Below, in pieces: positions 51,260-62,499 of a stretch of 64,000 bases of DNA (position 1 is the first letter of the stretch; each line of letters begins with the position of its first letter). The notes below the pieces were generated by a model. That model did no database searches and was not told the DNA's origin. It saw nothing but the letters and a program-made list of their open reading frames with translations. Source of the stretch: Isurus oxyrinchus (lineage: Eukaryota); the NCBI GenBank assembly GCA_026770705.1, contig JANJGN010000026.1, positions 38,316,001-38,380,000 on the forward strand, given 5' to 3'. The position numbers were made by a program, and so were the translations under genes.

Positions 51260-51590
51260 AGAGCAATTCACCAAGGCTCCTTCGACCGCACCTTCCAAAC
51301 CCACGACCATTGCCATCTAGAAGGACAAGGCAGCGGATAGATGGGAGTAACACCATCTGGAAGTTCCCCTCCGAGTCACTCACCATCCTAACATGGAAAT
51401 ATATCACCGTTCCTTCACTGCCGCTGGATGAAACTCCTGGAACTTCTTTCCTTACAGCACTCTGGATGTACCTACACCACCTGGACTACAGCAGTTCAAG
51501 GAGCAGCTCACCATCACTTTCTCAATAGCAAGTATGGATGGGCAATAAATGCTGGCCGAGCCAGCGAAGTCCACACCCCGTGAATGAGTA
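51260..51590 (+). mobile_element. 3' end of the L2/CR1-group LINE (same family as 28625-29760)
   Basis: Direct similarity to 29450-29760. Confidence 0.8.
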
Positions 51591-52029
51591 AAAGAAAAGC
51601 TCTCCCTATAATTTAAACAACATTTCGAGCACTGACCCCTGCTGCAGTTTATACTTAAAACTTTGTTAGAAACTCAGTGGTGGATTCTGCCTCTCTGTAC
51701 AAGTAAGGATATATTTAAAAACCCATAACCTCCAGAACCTTCGGATTTGTAAATGAGATTGCATCGCATCGACTCTCTGCATCCAGTTACTGAAGACAGA
51801 ACACTCCGAGCGGGTCCAAAGCTCCCAGGGTGAGATGCAGGCTGAATACTCATTAACAAGAACTAACACCCATAGTGCATGAAAAACTGTCCTTACAACT
51901 CTCGTTCAGGTTAGAAGAAGATGTGATGCAGGGAGAAGCAAAATAAAAGGGGTTTGAATTGTCTTTCGCTCCTTTATCATCGATCCCCACCCTCGATACA
52001 ATGAATGGCTTCAGAAAACACAGCTCATC

Positions 52030-52190
52030 ACATATTTTCATCATATTTTAGTATCCTTTCCCCATCTTCAGAATTCACTTCTCAGTGTCTATCTTTCCTT
52101 CATATTTTAATATTCCTTTCCCCATCTTCAGAAATATCATCTCAGGGTGTATTCATCATTTATATTTTAATATCCCTTTCCCCATCTTCC
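52030..52190 (+). repeat. Short tandem repeat, ~58-60 bp x3
   Basis: ATATTTTA..TTTCCCCATCTTC repeated three times. Confidence 0.7.
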
Positions 52191-53019
52191 AGACCTTTCA
52201 TTCACTTGCCTTGCCCAGTGATTAGTATCAGATTTTAATCCTTCGACATCGCTTTCTGAGGATCATTAAGGAAAAGCTGCTGTGGGGATAGAAACAGAGG
52301 TAGATTGCTGACTGTGATTGATATACTTTCAAAATACATTGAGAATTAAAGTTGGGGTATCCGGCCCTCACCATGGACCTCTGTTAATGCAGGGCAAACA
52401 TGCAAAACTTTCAATAGCTTCATTTTCCAACCCAGTCACCCAGAATAGCCACATGAAGATAAAATGAATGTCCCAATTGGATATATCATATTTCATGACA
52501 GTGATTAGAATCATAAAATTATGGCGTGGTTACAGCACAGAGGAAGGCCATTCATCGCATCCTATCTGTGCTGGCCCTCTGTGAGAGTAGCTAAGCCAGA
52601 ATCAGCACCTTTCCCCCATGACCTGCAAATCATTTACGAAATTCCAGCAAGATCAGTTCTCTGGAAAATCGTTTCTTATCGTTGATCGATTCACTTTTTG
52701 ATCTTTTAATTTTCCAGAGAATGGCTAATGCGGCAGCCTCCTACCTGTTTGTTCTCCAGCGTCTAACCAGGTGGCTGACGTGTTCCTCAACAACACGTCC
52801 GATATTCGGGCTGGTTGCAGTTTGCAAACGTCAAAAGCAATTGGTGACAATTCACTTTGGTGGCCCAGTCAAGTCTTCACAATCTGCCCGAAACCAACCT
52901 TCACCCACTGCGGCTCTGTGTTCAAATTTGTCCAGACAAAGTGGATCCAGACCTATTTTTCCAGTGGAAGGTCATTGGACTGAGCAGTGAGTCAGAAAGT
53001 TTACCTTTTCAGGCACTTG

Positions 53020-54025
53020 GGACTACCGAACTGGAGAGGATGCAAAGGAGATTTACCAGGATTTTGCCTGGGATGAAATATTTAAGTTATGAAGAGAGGT
53101 TGGATATATTGCACCATTGTCGCTGACATCTTTTGATGATCTGCTTCTATGACTGCTTGTTTGTCCACACAACCACCTCTCTCTCTCTCTATCTCTCCGC
53201 CCCCCACACACACACACCTTAAACCAGCTTATATTTCAACTCTTTCTTGGACTCGAAATCAAGTTCTGTCGAAGGGTCATGAGGACTCGAAACGTCAACT
53301 GTTTTCTTCTCCACCGATGCTGCCAGACCTGCTGAGTTTTTCCAGGTAACTCTGTTTTTGTTTTGGATAGACTTGGGTTGTTTTCGTTGGAGCAGAGAAG
53401 ACTAAGGGGCGACTGGATTGAGATGTACAAGATTATGAGGGGCATGGACAGGGTGGATAGGGAGGAGCTCTTCCCCTTAGTTGAAGGGTCAGTCACAAGG
53501 GGGTATAAGTTCAAGGTGAGGGGCTGGAGGTTAAGGGGGGATGTGAGGATTTTTTTTTTTACCCAGAGGGTGGTGACGTTTGGAATGCACTCCTTGGGAG
53601 GGTGGTGAAGGCGGGTTGTCTCACATACTTTAACAAGGGTAGTAGTTGTGAGGAATTCGCTGCCCAAGTTGGTAGTAGACGCAGAAACTTTAAACTCTTT
53701 TAAAAAGTACCTGCAGCTGCACCTAAAGTGCTGTAAGCTGCAGGGCTATGGGCGGGGTGCAAACAGATGTGATTAGAAAGGGCAACTGGGTGTCCTCGGG
53801 CTGGCATGGACACGATGGGCCGAATGGCCTCCTTCTGTGCTGTAACTTTTCTCTGGTTTTATGGTTCTAAATACCTGGCTGAGCGCTTGGCACGTCATAA
53901 CATACAAGGCTATGGGCGAAGTGCTGGTAAATGGGATTAACTAGGTAGGTCAGGTTTTTCTCAGGTCTTGGTGAAGACTCGATGGGCCGAAGGGCCTCTT
54001 CTGCACTCTGTGATTCTGTGATTTT
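53020..54025 (+). mobile_element. CR1-type LINE 3' portion(s) with a nested Penelope fragment (53107-53362)
   Basis: ERMQRRFTRILPGM..YEERLD is interrupted and resumes DRLGLFSLEQRRLRGD. TTGGATA at both junctions (53100-53106, 53363-53369). Confidence 0.88.
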
Positions 54026-54082
54026 GTGAATTCAAGGGAGACGTCAGCATTATCGCTGCCGGTAAACGGATTCACCCAGCCA

Positions 54083-54220
54083 AGGGGTGGGGGGCGGTGG
54101 GGGTGGGGGGGGGGTTGGCGGTGGGGTGTGGGGCGCGGAGGGGTGAGGGGGGGCGGTGGTGGTGGGGAGGTGGAGGGGGAGGGAGGTGGCGGCGGTGTTG
54201 GAGTTGGGGGAGGTGGTGAA
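54083..54220 (+). repeat. G-rich tract (G-quadruplex potential)
   Basis: Many runs of 3 or more G. Confidence 0.75.
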
Positions 54221-54883
54221 TACGAACAATTAAAGCAGCTGAAACAAAATGTAGAATTTCCTCAAATATTGAACACTAACAAGGTAAAATGGAAACCACA
54301 CAGACCTGTTGGTGTTGCTATAATAACTGCAGATGAATGTGAAAGAGATCCTTGAGTCCACGGGGCTCCAATTTACAGGGAATGCTGTCGAGAACACCTT
54401 GGATACTGACAGGAAAGGTTACCTTTTCATGATATCTTGACACTGGCAGGGCCAGAAAGATATCATATCTGTCGTCGCTGTTTAATTGCAGCCTTTGCCT
54501 GTACAGCACATGGACAAAAGAAGCGTGAGGACGTTGCTTCTATAATAATATGCCCATTGAAAATGATGTAGCTCCACCTCTCTATGAGAACCATGTTAGC
54601 CCCAGGTTCGCGAAATGAACTCCAATGTTATTATTTAACTGCAAATGCCTTCACCATTGATCTCGAATTGAAGTGTGCGGGCGAAAGCAGACTTTGGATG
54701 ACAGAAAAATCCCAACCCAATCGGAATTGTAATTCCTAATGGCAAATGTATTTAATTTCAAACTTTCAAGTTGAGTAGCTAGCTTATTTGTAATGAAGTA
54801 AGCTATGAAATTATTGGCATTAGCAAAGATAGAATATTATGAGTTCAAATCGAAGGGCTGAAATATCTTTTTTTCGTTAATTT

Positions 54884-55199
54884 AGATGAAAGCAAATGCC
54901 AGTCAGCCTTCTTTGGGGCAATATGGCCAGTGGCAGACACAGCGAATCCGCACCGCCTCCTGCTGGCCTGGTTTAAATGAACACCTTTGGGAGGATCTCA
55001 GAGATCATTGTTCAGTATTTGTGTTCTCTCTGTTTTCATTATTCGGTCTGATTCAGGATGATGAGGCGAGCGCTCCTCCCACTTTCCACCAAATCTGAGC
55101 AAGAACCTCCCTCACAGTTCACTCTGTGAGGTGGAGTCCCAGAAGGTTGCTTCTAGCGGGCACAGTGTTCTGGTGTTCGTTAAGATTGATGCACAACAG
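54884..55199 (+). pseudogene. Possible ancient V remnant
   Basis: TTTAG acceptor, AWFK*TP and TSLTVHSVR in mixed frames, CACAGTG(55161-55167)-23-GCACAACAG. No conserved Cys. Confidence 0.35.
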
Positions 55200-55434
55200 C
55201 ACTGACTTCTCCAGAAGCAGCTACCCTGGCCTGAATCTGCCGACAGTTAATTTACCCAAGTTGATAGGACACGAAATGGTGGCAATTCTGGATTTCACAC
55301 TCTATCATCTACGTGAGTGCGGCACACATCATTAAATGCCTATAATATCACATATATTGTAATACATATAGTCTAACAGTATAATATATTATATTATATA
55401 TTATATTGTACAGTATAATATATATTATTCGTTT

Positions 55435-55679
55435 ATGGGATGTAGGCGTCGCTGTCTAGGCCACCAGTTATTGCCCATCCCTCCCTAATTGACCTTGATG
55501 AAAGGGCATTTGAGAGTCAACCACATCGCTGTGGGACCAGAGTCACATGTAGGTCAGACCAAATAAGGATGGCAGGTTTCCTGCCCTAAAGAGCATAAAT
55601 GAACCAGATGCTTTTTAAGACAACCGACAGTCGTTTCATGGACATATTCCCAGATTTGTATTGAATTCAAATTTCAATA
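55435..55679 (-). mobile_element. tRNA-derived shark SINE, truncated by the gap
   Basis: Similar to 33795-34145. Confidence 0.75.
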
Positions 55680-55826
55680 NNNNNNNNNNNNNNNNNNNNN
55701 NNNNNNNNNNNNNNNNNNNNNNNNNNNNNNNNNNNNNNNNNNNNNNNNNNNNNNNNNNNNNNNNNNNNNNNNNNNNNNNNNNNNNNNNNNNNNNNNNNNN
55801 NNNNNNNNNNNNNNNNNNNNNNNNNN
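55680..55826. other. Assembly gap (N run)
   Basis: Run of N. Confidence 1.
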
Positions 55827-55949
55827 TGTTGGATTGCATTTTCCAGTATTCTATCATCTTGTATTTTGTTATTTTGTATTTTATTATTGTAAGTTATATG
55901 GAATTGCGCTTTTTTTTTTACAAATTATGTACATTATATCTCATGCAAC

Positions 55950-56223
55950 TGGCAGTAATGGAGTATGACAGTCAGCGGTTGTTGCAGAAGGAGACATTGC
56001 ATCATTGATCTGTTTTACCAAAGTAGCAGGACGGATCAGACGATATCCGGACAGAACAATGCAGCACCTGGCGAGAAGTACCAGCAATCGGAACAAGATC
56101 AAGGCTTGGCCCAATTTAGCGTAGTGAAGTGCTCAGAATGTTGGCGACGCTCGAGTGACAGACGCTATTTCTGTTTCTTTGAGGCACAATGTGTCACCTC
56201 GCAGTAAGGATCATAGAAAAGCC
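55950..56223 (+). pseudogene. V pseudogene, paralog of the 24245 V
   Basis: VVAEGDIASLIC..PDRTMQHLA..NVGDARVTD with stops and deletions. RSS CACAATG(56185-56191)-23-AGAAAAGCC(56215-56223). Confidence 0.82.
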
Positions 56224-56905
56224 TTCTGAGGGAGGTGGGTGACAGTTTGTAGCCTGTGCCCTTATCAAAGAGCTGGGAGTTTGATAACAATCTCCCCAGA
56301 AAAGGGCCCTCCGTCTCCCAATAAGTGAATCCTGCCCTGATCATTGTTCACGCTACAAAATCAGACCAGAAGGGTCAACATCCATTTAGCATTAATTTTA
56401 TTTCCTGTCAAAATAGAAATCAAACACCATATGTTCCATACATTCCTTTCTGAACTTCTGTGTGGTGGGCCTATGTTTAAATAATCATTGGGTATTTCAT
56501 GTTTAAGTCCAGTTCTAGACTTTGGCACATTCTGTGCTTTGTTACAGGCACGAGGGAATGGGAGAGATTAAGAGTCCCTGGATCCTTCTGGGTTAATGGT
56601 CTGGAAAAAAGATAGTAACGTTAGGCTGCAGTTTCTACATGTCTGATAACTTTCTCTCGCTCTGTTGGTGCATTAATATTCCGGGTGATCTCAGAGATAT
56701 TTTCTGAGGAGATGTAACTCGAGGCATTGAGTTAGTTCTCAATATTTCCATACAGGTTCCCTGTTTCCCTGGACAAGGACCAAAAGAGTAATGCAACTGT
56801 TTGAGAGACAAACCTGCCAATCTTTCTCCTAGGCTTTGTTGGGATCAAAGTTCCTGCCGGTAATAGTCCGGAAGCGTACTTAATGGTCTTGTAAATATTT
56901 GCTGA

Positions 56906-57426
56906 GGTTTTTGTACAGCGTCGTGGCTGTTATCTGGCGCTGTGCCTCACTACACAGTAATAGACGATGCTGTCCTTCTCCACACTCAGTCCGCTTATAT
57001 TGAGGTAACCAGACCTTGTAGACCTGTCAGCAGCCGCCAGATATTGCCTTCAGATTTTGTCTTCTTTCAGCACTACTGTCCTGCTGATTATCCAGCCTGG
57101 AGTCTGTGCAGGCTTCTGCCGATGCCATTGCATATACTCAATATCCAGGGTTTTATATTCACAATGTAACTGCACAGAACCCCCATCGAACATGGTTGTT
57201 GTCAGTGGAGACTGAGTCACTGGATCTGCAAATAGTCCGCCTGTGGAGTTAGAGGTACAAAAAAGCACAAGGTTCAATCTAAACCTGCATCTATCTGTAT
57301 GTGCAAATTCCCACCTATCAAGATGTCTAATCGCATTACATCCTATTGCAAACTCTTTGCATCAATCTGCTAACTTGCCTTGATGAACACAGTCCAGTAC
57401 TTACTCTCCAGTATTATCAGGAACAT
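56906..57426 (-). pseudogene. TCR alpha-like V segment with one in-frame stop
   Basis: V exon 57240-56945: DPVTQSP..GSVQLHCEY..WHRQKPAQTP..EDKI*(57052-57050)RQYLAAADRSTRSGYLNISGLSVEKDSIVYYCVVR. RSS CACAGCG-23-ACAAAAACC. Short leader candidate 57426-57405 with GTAAGT. Confidence 0.9.
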
Positions 57427-57630
57427 GTCTGAGTGAATCTCTCTTTCTCTCAATGTGAATGGAATGATTTAGAGAGTGAGAAGAAGATAGGAAACCCGGG
57501 CTTTGTTTAACTCATTGTTCCACCCACACACTGCTGGGGGCCAGGCCCATCGTGACCTCACTCAAGCTACCATCCTTATTGGCTGTGGTGTTGGTCACGC
57601 GTGACTTTCTAATCAACATGTATAAACCTG

Positions 57631-57644
57631 GCGCCATCTGCTGG
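57631..57644 (-). promoter_or_regulatory. CTCF motif CCAGCAGATGGCGC in the 57k V promoter region
   Basis: Consensus match ~200 bp upstream of the leader; TGACCTCA and GTCACGCGTGAC nearby. Confidence 0.6.
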
Positions 57645-58689
57645 CAGATTCTGTTCAATTTGGTTGAGAATGGGGCCTTTGGGTGGCTGTGGAATTCATT
57701 GGTATACATATTAAAACAAGCATGCCAGATATTGTTTCCAAGGAATTGAAATTGGAGCTTATCAGACTCAGGCTTTCTTTTGTGTTTATGCCAGAGAATA
57801 ATGCATTTCTTTCTATATTACTGTTTGAAAATCAAGGAAAAACTATTTAGATAGGATGATAATATATAAGATATTACACATTAGAAGTAATGCACGAGGC
57901 AGGTACTAAGTGTGGCGGCCTTAAATGTAAACAGACGAGGAAAACTGGCGTTATTCTTTTATGAAAGGATTTAAAGGAGATACTTAATTGAAGTAGTCAA
58001 AATGATAAGAGATCTGATGTAATAAATCGTGCATTATTGAGCCCAGTGGCAGAAAATTCGATAACGCATACACCCCATTTTCAGAGAAGAAAATGTAAGA
58101 AAAAATAAGCAAAAAGGTGAAATTCACTCATTACACTGTGTTGAAACCTAAAATACACGACCTAAAGGATGGAAGAAGAACATTCAATCGGAACCTTCAA
58201 AAAGAAATTGTTTGCAAGTTGAAAATGAGAAAACTTGCCCCTCATGCGGAAACTGCAGGAGTTGAAAGGCGGTTTTGATAACTCTTCCAAACAGACACAG
58301 GGATGGTATGGCAAATAATCTAATTCAGTGGTTTAAAATTACATGATTCAAGTTTCTTCATGCCTCTTCTGCTCTATTTGCTCTCTGTCACTTGAACAGT
58401 GAGCAGCTGCAGGATTGTTACAAACTTGTGAAATTTCAACCGTCGCTATTTCCGCTCCCTCAGTTCAGAGAGCAGCTGAGAGTTATCGCGCACTTCACTT
58501 AATATTGAGTCTGCGGTATCCCCGCCCACAGCTGGTCAGTCTCTGACCCGATTATGTTATTGGAACGATTGCTGGCGCTGGTTCATTCTTCTCATTGTTT
58601 GGCTGGGCACTGCAGTGGGGCGGGGGTCTGTATTTCTGCTTTGACACAGGATTTTTTGCATGTAAGTTACAGACTCATGACGTATCAAG

Positions 58690-59232
58690 GGGAACAATTT
58701 CACTCCGCTTTTCATTGTTATATCATTTCTCAGCAAGCATCTCCTTCCCAGTAAAGTCCACTGTCCTCCTGATTGCTGTGACCCAGATGTCATTGTTGTT
58801 AAAATAATAGTGATGGCGGTGATGATGATTATGTTGACCGACACGAAGCTGATGCTGACTATTGTTTTTACTTTTCTTTAATGTTAGAATGGGGCAACCA
58901 AGGCACAGTAGAACAGCCGGTTCATGAAATACTGGATGAAGAGGAAATTAATGCTGCACAAACTTACATTTTTAAAGCAAACAATCGCAGCTTTTATGTG
59001 TAGTGGCACAGTGAGCATCCCAGGCAGCCTCCAGAGTGGAAGTTTCATCATGTTCGAAAGAATGTGTACAGGAGCGCCGATATCAATCATTGGTTTTCTT
59101 CTTCGCTTAATTAGAAATGCCAAGATCGTTGATCTAACGATCGGCAACACATTGATTTCCCACTCTGCCGTGTATTTCTGTGCCATGAGCCAAACACTGC
59201 TACAGAGAGATCGTGGAACGAAGACAAAAACT
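58690..59232 (+). pseudogene. TCR V pseudogene (inverted paralog of the 26594-27118 V)
   Basis: Leader donor changed to GC. V exon from 58888 with first Cys changed to Tyr, a TAG stop and a frameshift, ending SAVYFCAMS. Nonamer ACAAAAACT 59224-59232. Confidence 0.88.
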
Positions 59233-59914
59233 CACAGTTTTTTCAATTACCGCTCAGCAGAGGGCGCTGTCACACCCACAAAAAAGGAAGAATTCTACTT
59301 CGAATGTGAGGTCACGCGGACCTTTTCAAAAGATCATCACATTCAACAAGAACAGCTAATTACATTAGCTTGTCTTTAAAACTTGAATTTATAATAAAAA
59401 CGAACTTTGTAAATGGCAATGTAATGCTTCAATTCCACTTATCCTTTTCGACGCATTTCCCTGCTGACTTCTTTCTTATCATCCCTTCTCCTTTCGGTAA
59501 AAAAAAATGTGTACAGTTTCTTCTTTCAGTCTTTGATTTAAGGAGATGGCCCTTTGCTACTTCTCTGGGTATTAATTCACAACCCCTCCAACCCCGATGC
59601 CTATAGATTCAGCCCTGGATACGAGAGGTTATTCATGAAAAAAATTGTCTTTAATTGAATAATATAATAATCCTGATAGTCCTGTGCCGAATCTGCTCGT
59701 CCCCAGTATGGAATGAATATGTGAGTGCCGCAACTCTTCTAGAGAGACAGACTTATATCCTTTTCGAAGCGGATATTACTACTGGTTCGCTTCCTTGCAG
59801 ATGAATCCGAATGTATGATATCATGAAGATAAAAGCAAAATACTGCGGATGAAACAAAAAGAAAAATACCTAGAAAGACTCAACAGGTCTGACAGAATCT
59901 ACGAAGCGGAATAC

Positions 59915-59953
59915 AGTTGACGTTTCGACTATGTATGACTCTTCATCAGAACT
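59915..59953 (-). ncRNA. Minimal hammerhead ribozyme motif (Penelope-associated)
   Basis: AGTT-CTGATGA-AGAGTCATACATAGTC-GAAAC-GTC-AACT on the minus strand. Confidence 0.6.
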
Positions 59954-61970
59954 AAGGAAAAAGAGAAATGAGATGAAATATATGCTGTTGGGTGGGGGGG
60001 GGGGGGGTGGGTGCCGTGTGGTGGGACAAGTAGAGCTGGGTAGGGGGCCAGTGATAGGTGGAGGCGAAGAAGAGATTGCCAAAGATGTCATAGACAAAAT
60101 GACAAAGGGGTGTTGACGGTGGTGACATTATCTAAGGAATGTGCTCATGGGGATATTAAGGGTAGCAAGCAGGACAAGCTGGTGGCAGATGGCCCAATTG
60201 CGGGTGGGGCGGGGGGAAGGGATCGAAATGGGCTGAAAGGTGGAGATTAAAAAGATAGATCGAAATAAATTTTAAAATAGGTGGGGAAAAATATATTTTT
60301 ATTTTATATTATTGGAAAAGGGGATATTGGAAAGTGGGTGGAGATGGAAGAGAGAGTTCATGATCTGAAATTGTTGAACTCAATTTTAAGTCCGGAAGGC
60401 TGCAAAGTACCTAGTCGGAAGATGAGGTGTCCTTCCTCCAGTTTGCGTTGAACTTCACTGGAACCTTGCAGCAGGCCAAGGACGGACATGTGGGCATGAG
60501 AGCAGGGTGGAGTGTAGAAATGGCAAGCGACAGGGAGGTCTGGGTCATGCTTGCAGACAGGCCAAAGGTATTCTGCAAAGCGGTCACCCAGTCTGTGTTT
60601 GGTCTCTCCAATGTAGAGGAAAGTGCATTGGAAGCAGCAAAGACAGTAGACTAAATTGAGGGAAGTGCAAGTGAAGCACTGCTGCACTTGAACGGAGTCT
60701 TTGGGCTCTTGGACGGTGAGAAGGGGGTAAGTGTTGTATCTTCTGTGGTTGCATGGGAAGGTGCCGTGGGAGGGGGTGAGGTGTAGGGGGTGATGGAGGA
60801 GTGGACCAGGGTATCCCGGAGGGAATGATCCCTGCGGAAAGCCACCGGGGGAGCGAAGGGATTATGTGTTTAATGGTGGCATCATGCTGGTTTTGGTGGA
60901 ATTGACGGAGGATGATCCTTTGAATGCAGAGGCTGGTGGAGTGATAAGTGAGGACAAGGAGGACCCTATCATGGTTGTGGGAGGGAGACGAAAGTGTGAG
61001 GATGGATGCGTAGGATATGGGTCGGAACTGTTGAGGGCCTTGTCAACAACCGTGGGTGGAAAATTGAGAATGCTTCACTGCCCCTGGTGGTTTTCTGCAG
61101 GGACCGTTCCCTCTGGGACACCCTAGTCCACTCCTCCATCACCCCCTACACCTTAACACCTTCCCATGGCACCTTATCATGCAACTGCAGAAGTTGCAAC
61201 ACCTGCCCCTTTACTTCCCCCCTCCTCACCGTCCAAGAGCCCAAAGACTCCGTTCAAGTGCAGCAGTGCTTCACTTGCACTTCCCTCAATTTAGTCTATT
61301 GCATTCGCTGCTCCCAATGCGGTCTCCTGCACCTTGGAGAGACGAAACGGAGACTGGGTGACCGCTTTGTGGAACACCTTCAGTCTGTCTGCAAGCATGA
61401 CCCAGACCTCCCTGTCGCTTGCCATTTCAACACACGACCCTGCTCTCATGCCCACATGTCCGTCCTTGGCCTGCTGCATTGTTCCAGTGAAGCTCAACAC
61501 AAACTGGAGGAACAGCACCTCATCTTCCGACTTTAGGCACTTTATAGCCATCTGGACTTAATATTCAGTTCAATAATTTCAGATCATGAACTGTCTCTTC
61601 CATCCCCACCCCCTTTCGGATCACCCTTTTTCCCATAAATTATAATTTTAAAACATATATATTTCTCTTTTCCCACCTATTTTGAAATTTAATTCGATCT
61701 ATTGTTTTATCTCCACCTTTCAGCTCATTTCAAACCCTTCCCCCCCACCCAACACCCATTATGTCCATCTGCCACTAGCTTGTCCTGCTTGCTACCCTTA
61801 GGGTCCCTATTCCTTAGATAATATCACCACCGTCAACACCCCTTTGTCCTTTTGTCTATGACATCTTTGGCAATCTCTTCTTTGCCTCCTTATCACTGTC
61901 CCCCAATCCAGCTCTACCTGTCCCACCCACCTCTGCCATCTTATAGTTCACCACATTTCTCTGTTTTCCT

Positions 61971-62009
61971 AGTTCTGATGAAGAGTAATGTGGACTCGAA
62001 ACGTCAATT
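61971..62009 (+). ncRNA. Minimal hammerhead ribozyme motif (Penelope-associated)
   Basis: CTGATGA 61975-61981, stem II GAGT/ACTC, GAAAC-GTC 61998-62005. Confidence 0.65.
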
Positions 62010-62499
62010 GTATTCTTCTCCGTGGATGCTGTCAGACCTGCTGAGCTTTTCCAGGTATTTTTGTTTTTGTTGTTTATGATATCACTGCCTGCTATAACAC
62101 CGCCCATATCATCATCCACTGCTGTCGTCAGTATGACCCACCTTCTTTGCCGTTTATTATTGGAGAGTTTGCTGCCTTTGTTCTCTGATGTAATTGATTG
62201 GATGTGGGCGGCCCCGTGTTAGCTCAGAGACAGTGTGAGCCAATGTCACTACGAAGTAGTGAATGTAGGTGGCCAGGACATGAGTTCAGAGACAGTGTGA
62301 ACCGGTGTTCGTGTGAATCCTGAAGTGGTAAACTCCAAGGCTCGGCTTATTTCGCTAGTCCGACAGAAAAGCGCCTTGAGTTGGACCTGAAGCGAATGTT
62401 TGGTTCCTTGTTCAATCTTCAGAATACAATATCCTTTTCCTGGCCGTAACCTGATCTCCATGGACAATTGCTTCAGCTGGTATTTCATGTGATCTGATA

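Larger units (their letters stand above)
59824..62074. mobile_element. Penelope-like element as a ~2.2-kb inverted (hairpin) pair, each arm with a GIY-YIG endonuclease remnant and a pseudo-LTR hammerhead
   Basis: ORFs 60358-60687(-) and 61006-61536(+): CTSLNLVYC..C..C..LYIGETK.RLGDRF.E. Arms 59870-60850 and 61085-62070 are reverse complements. TATGATATCA at 59814-59823 and 62075-62084. Confidence 0.92.

Noticed and set aside
52760-52990. Exon-like ORF with C..WW spacing resembling an Ig domain
   Set aside because: No F-strand YxC, RSS or paralog; unsupported.
54305-54640. Minus-strand degenerate exon (..LSCQYPR..) resembling a ZP or Ig domain
   Set aside because: One short motif amid stops; cannot be told from chance without a search.
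61006-61536. Cellular GIY-YIG nuclease gene
   Set aside because: It lies within a Penelope arm, is 5'-truncated, has the catalytic YIG motif changed to HLG, and has a premature stop.
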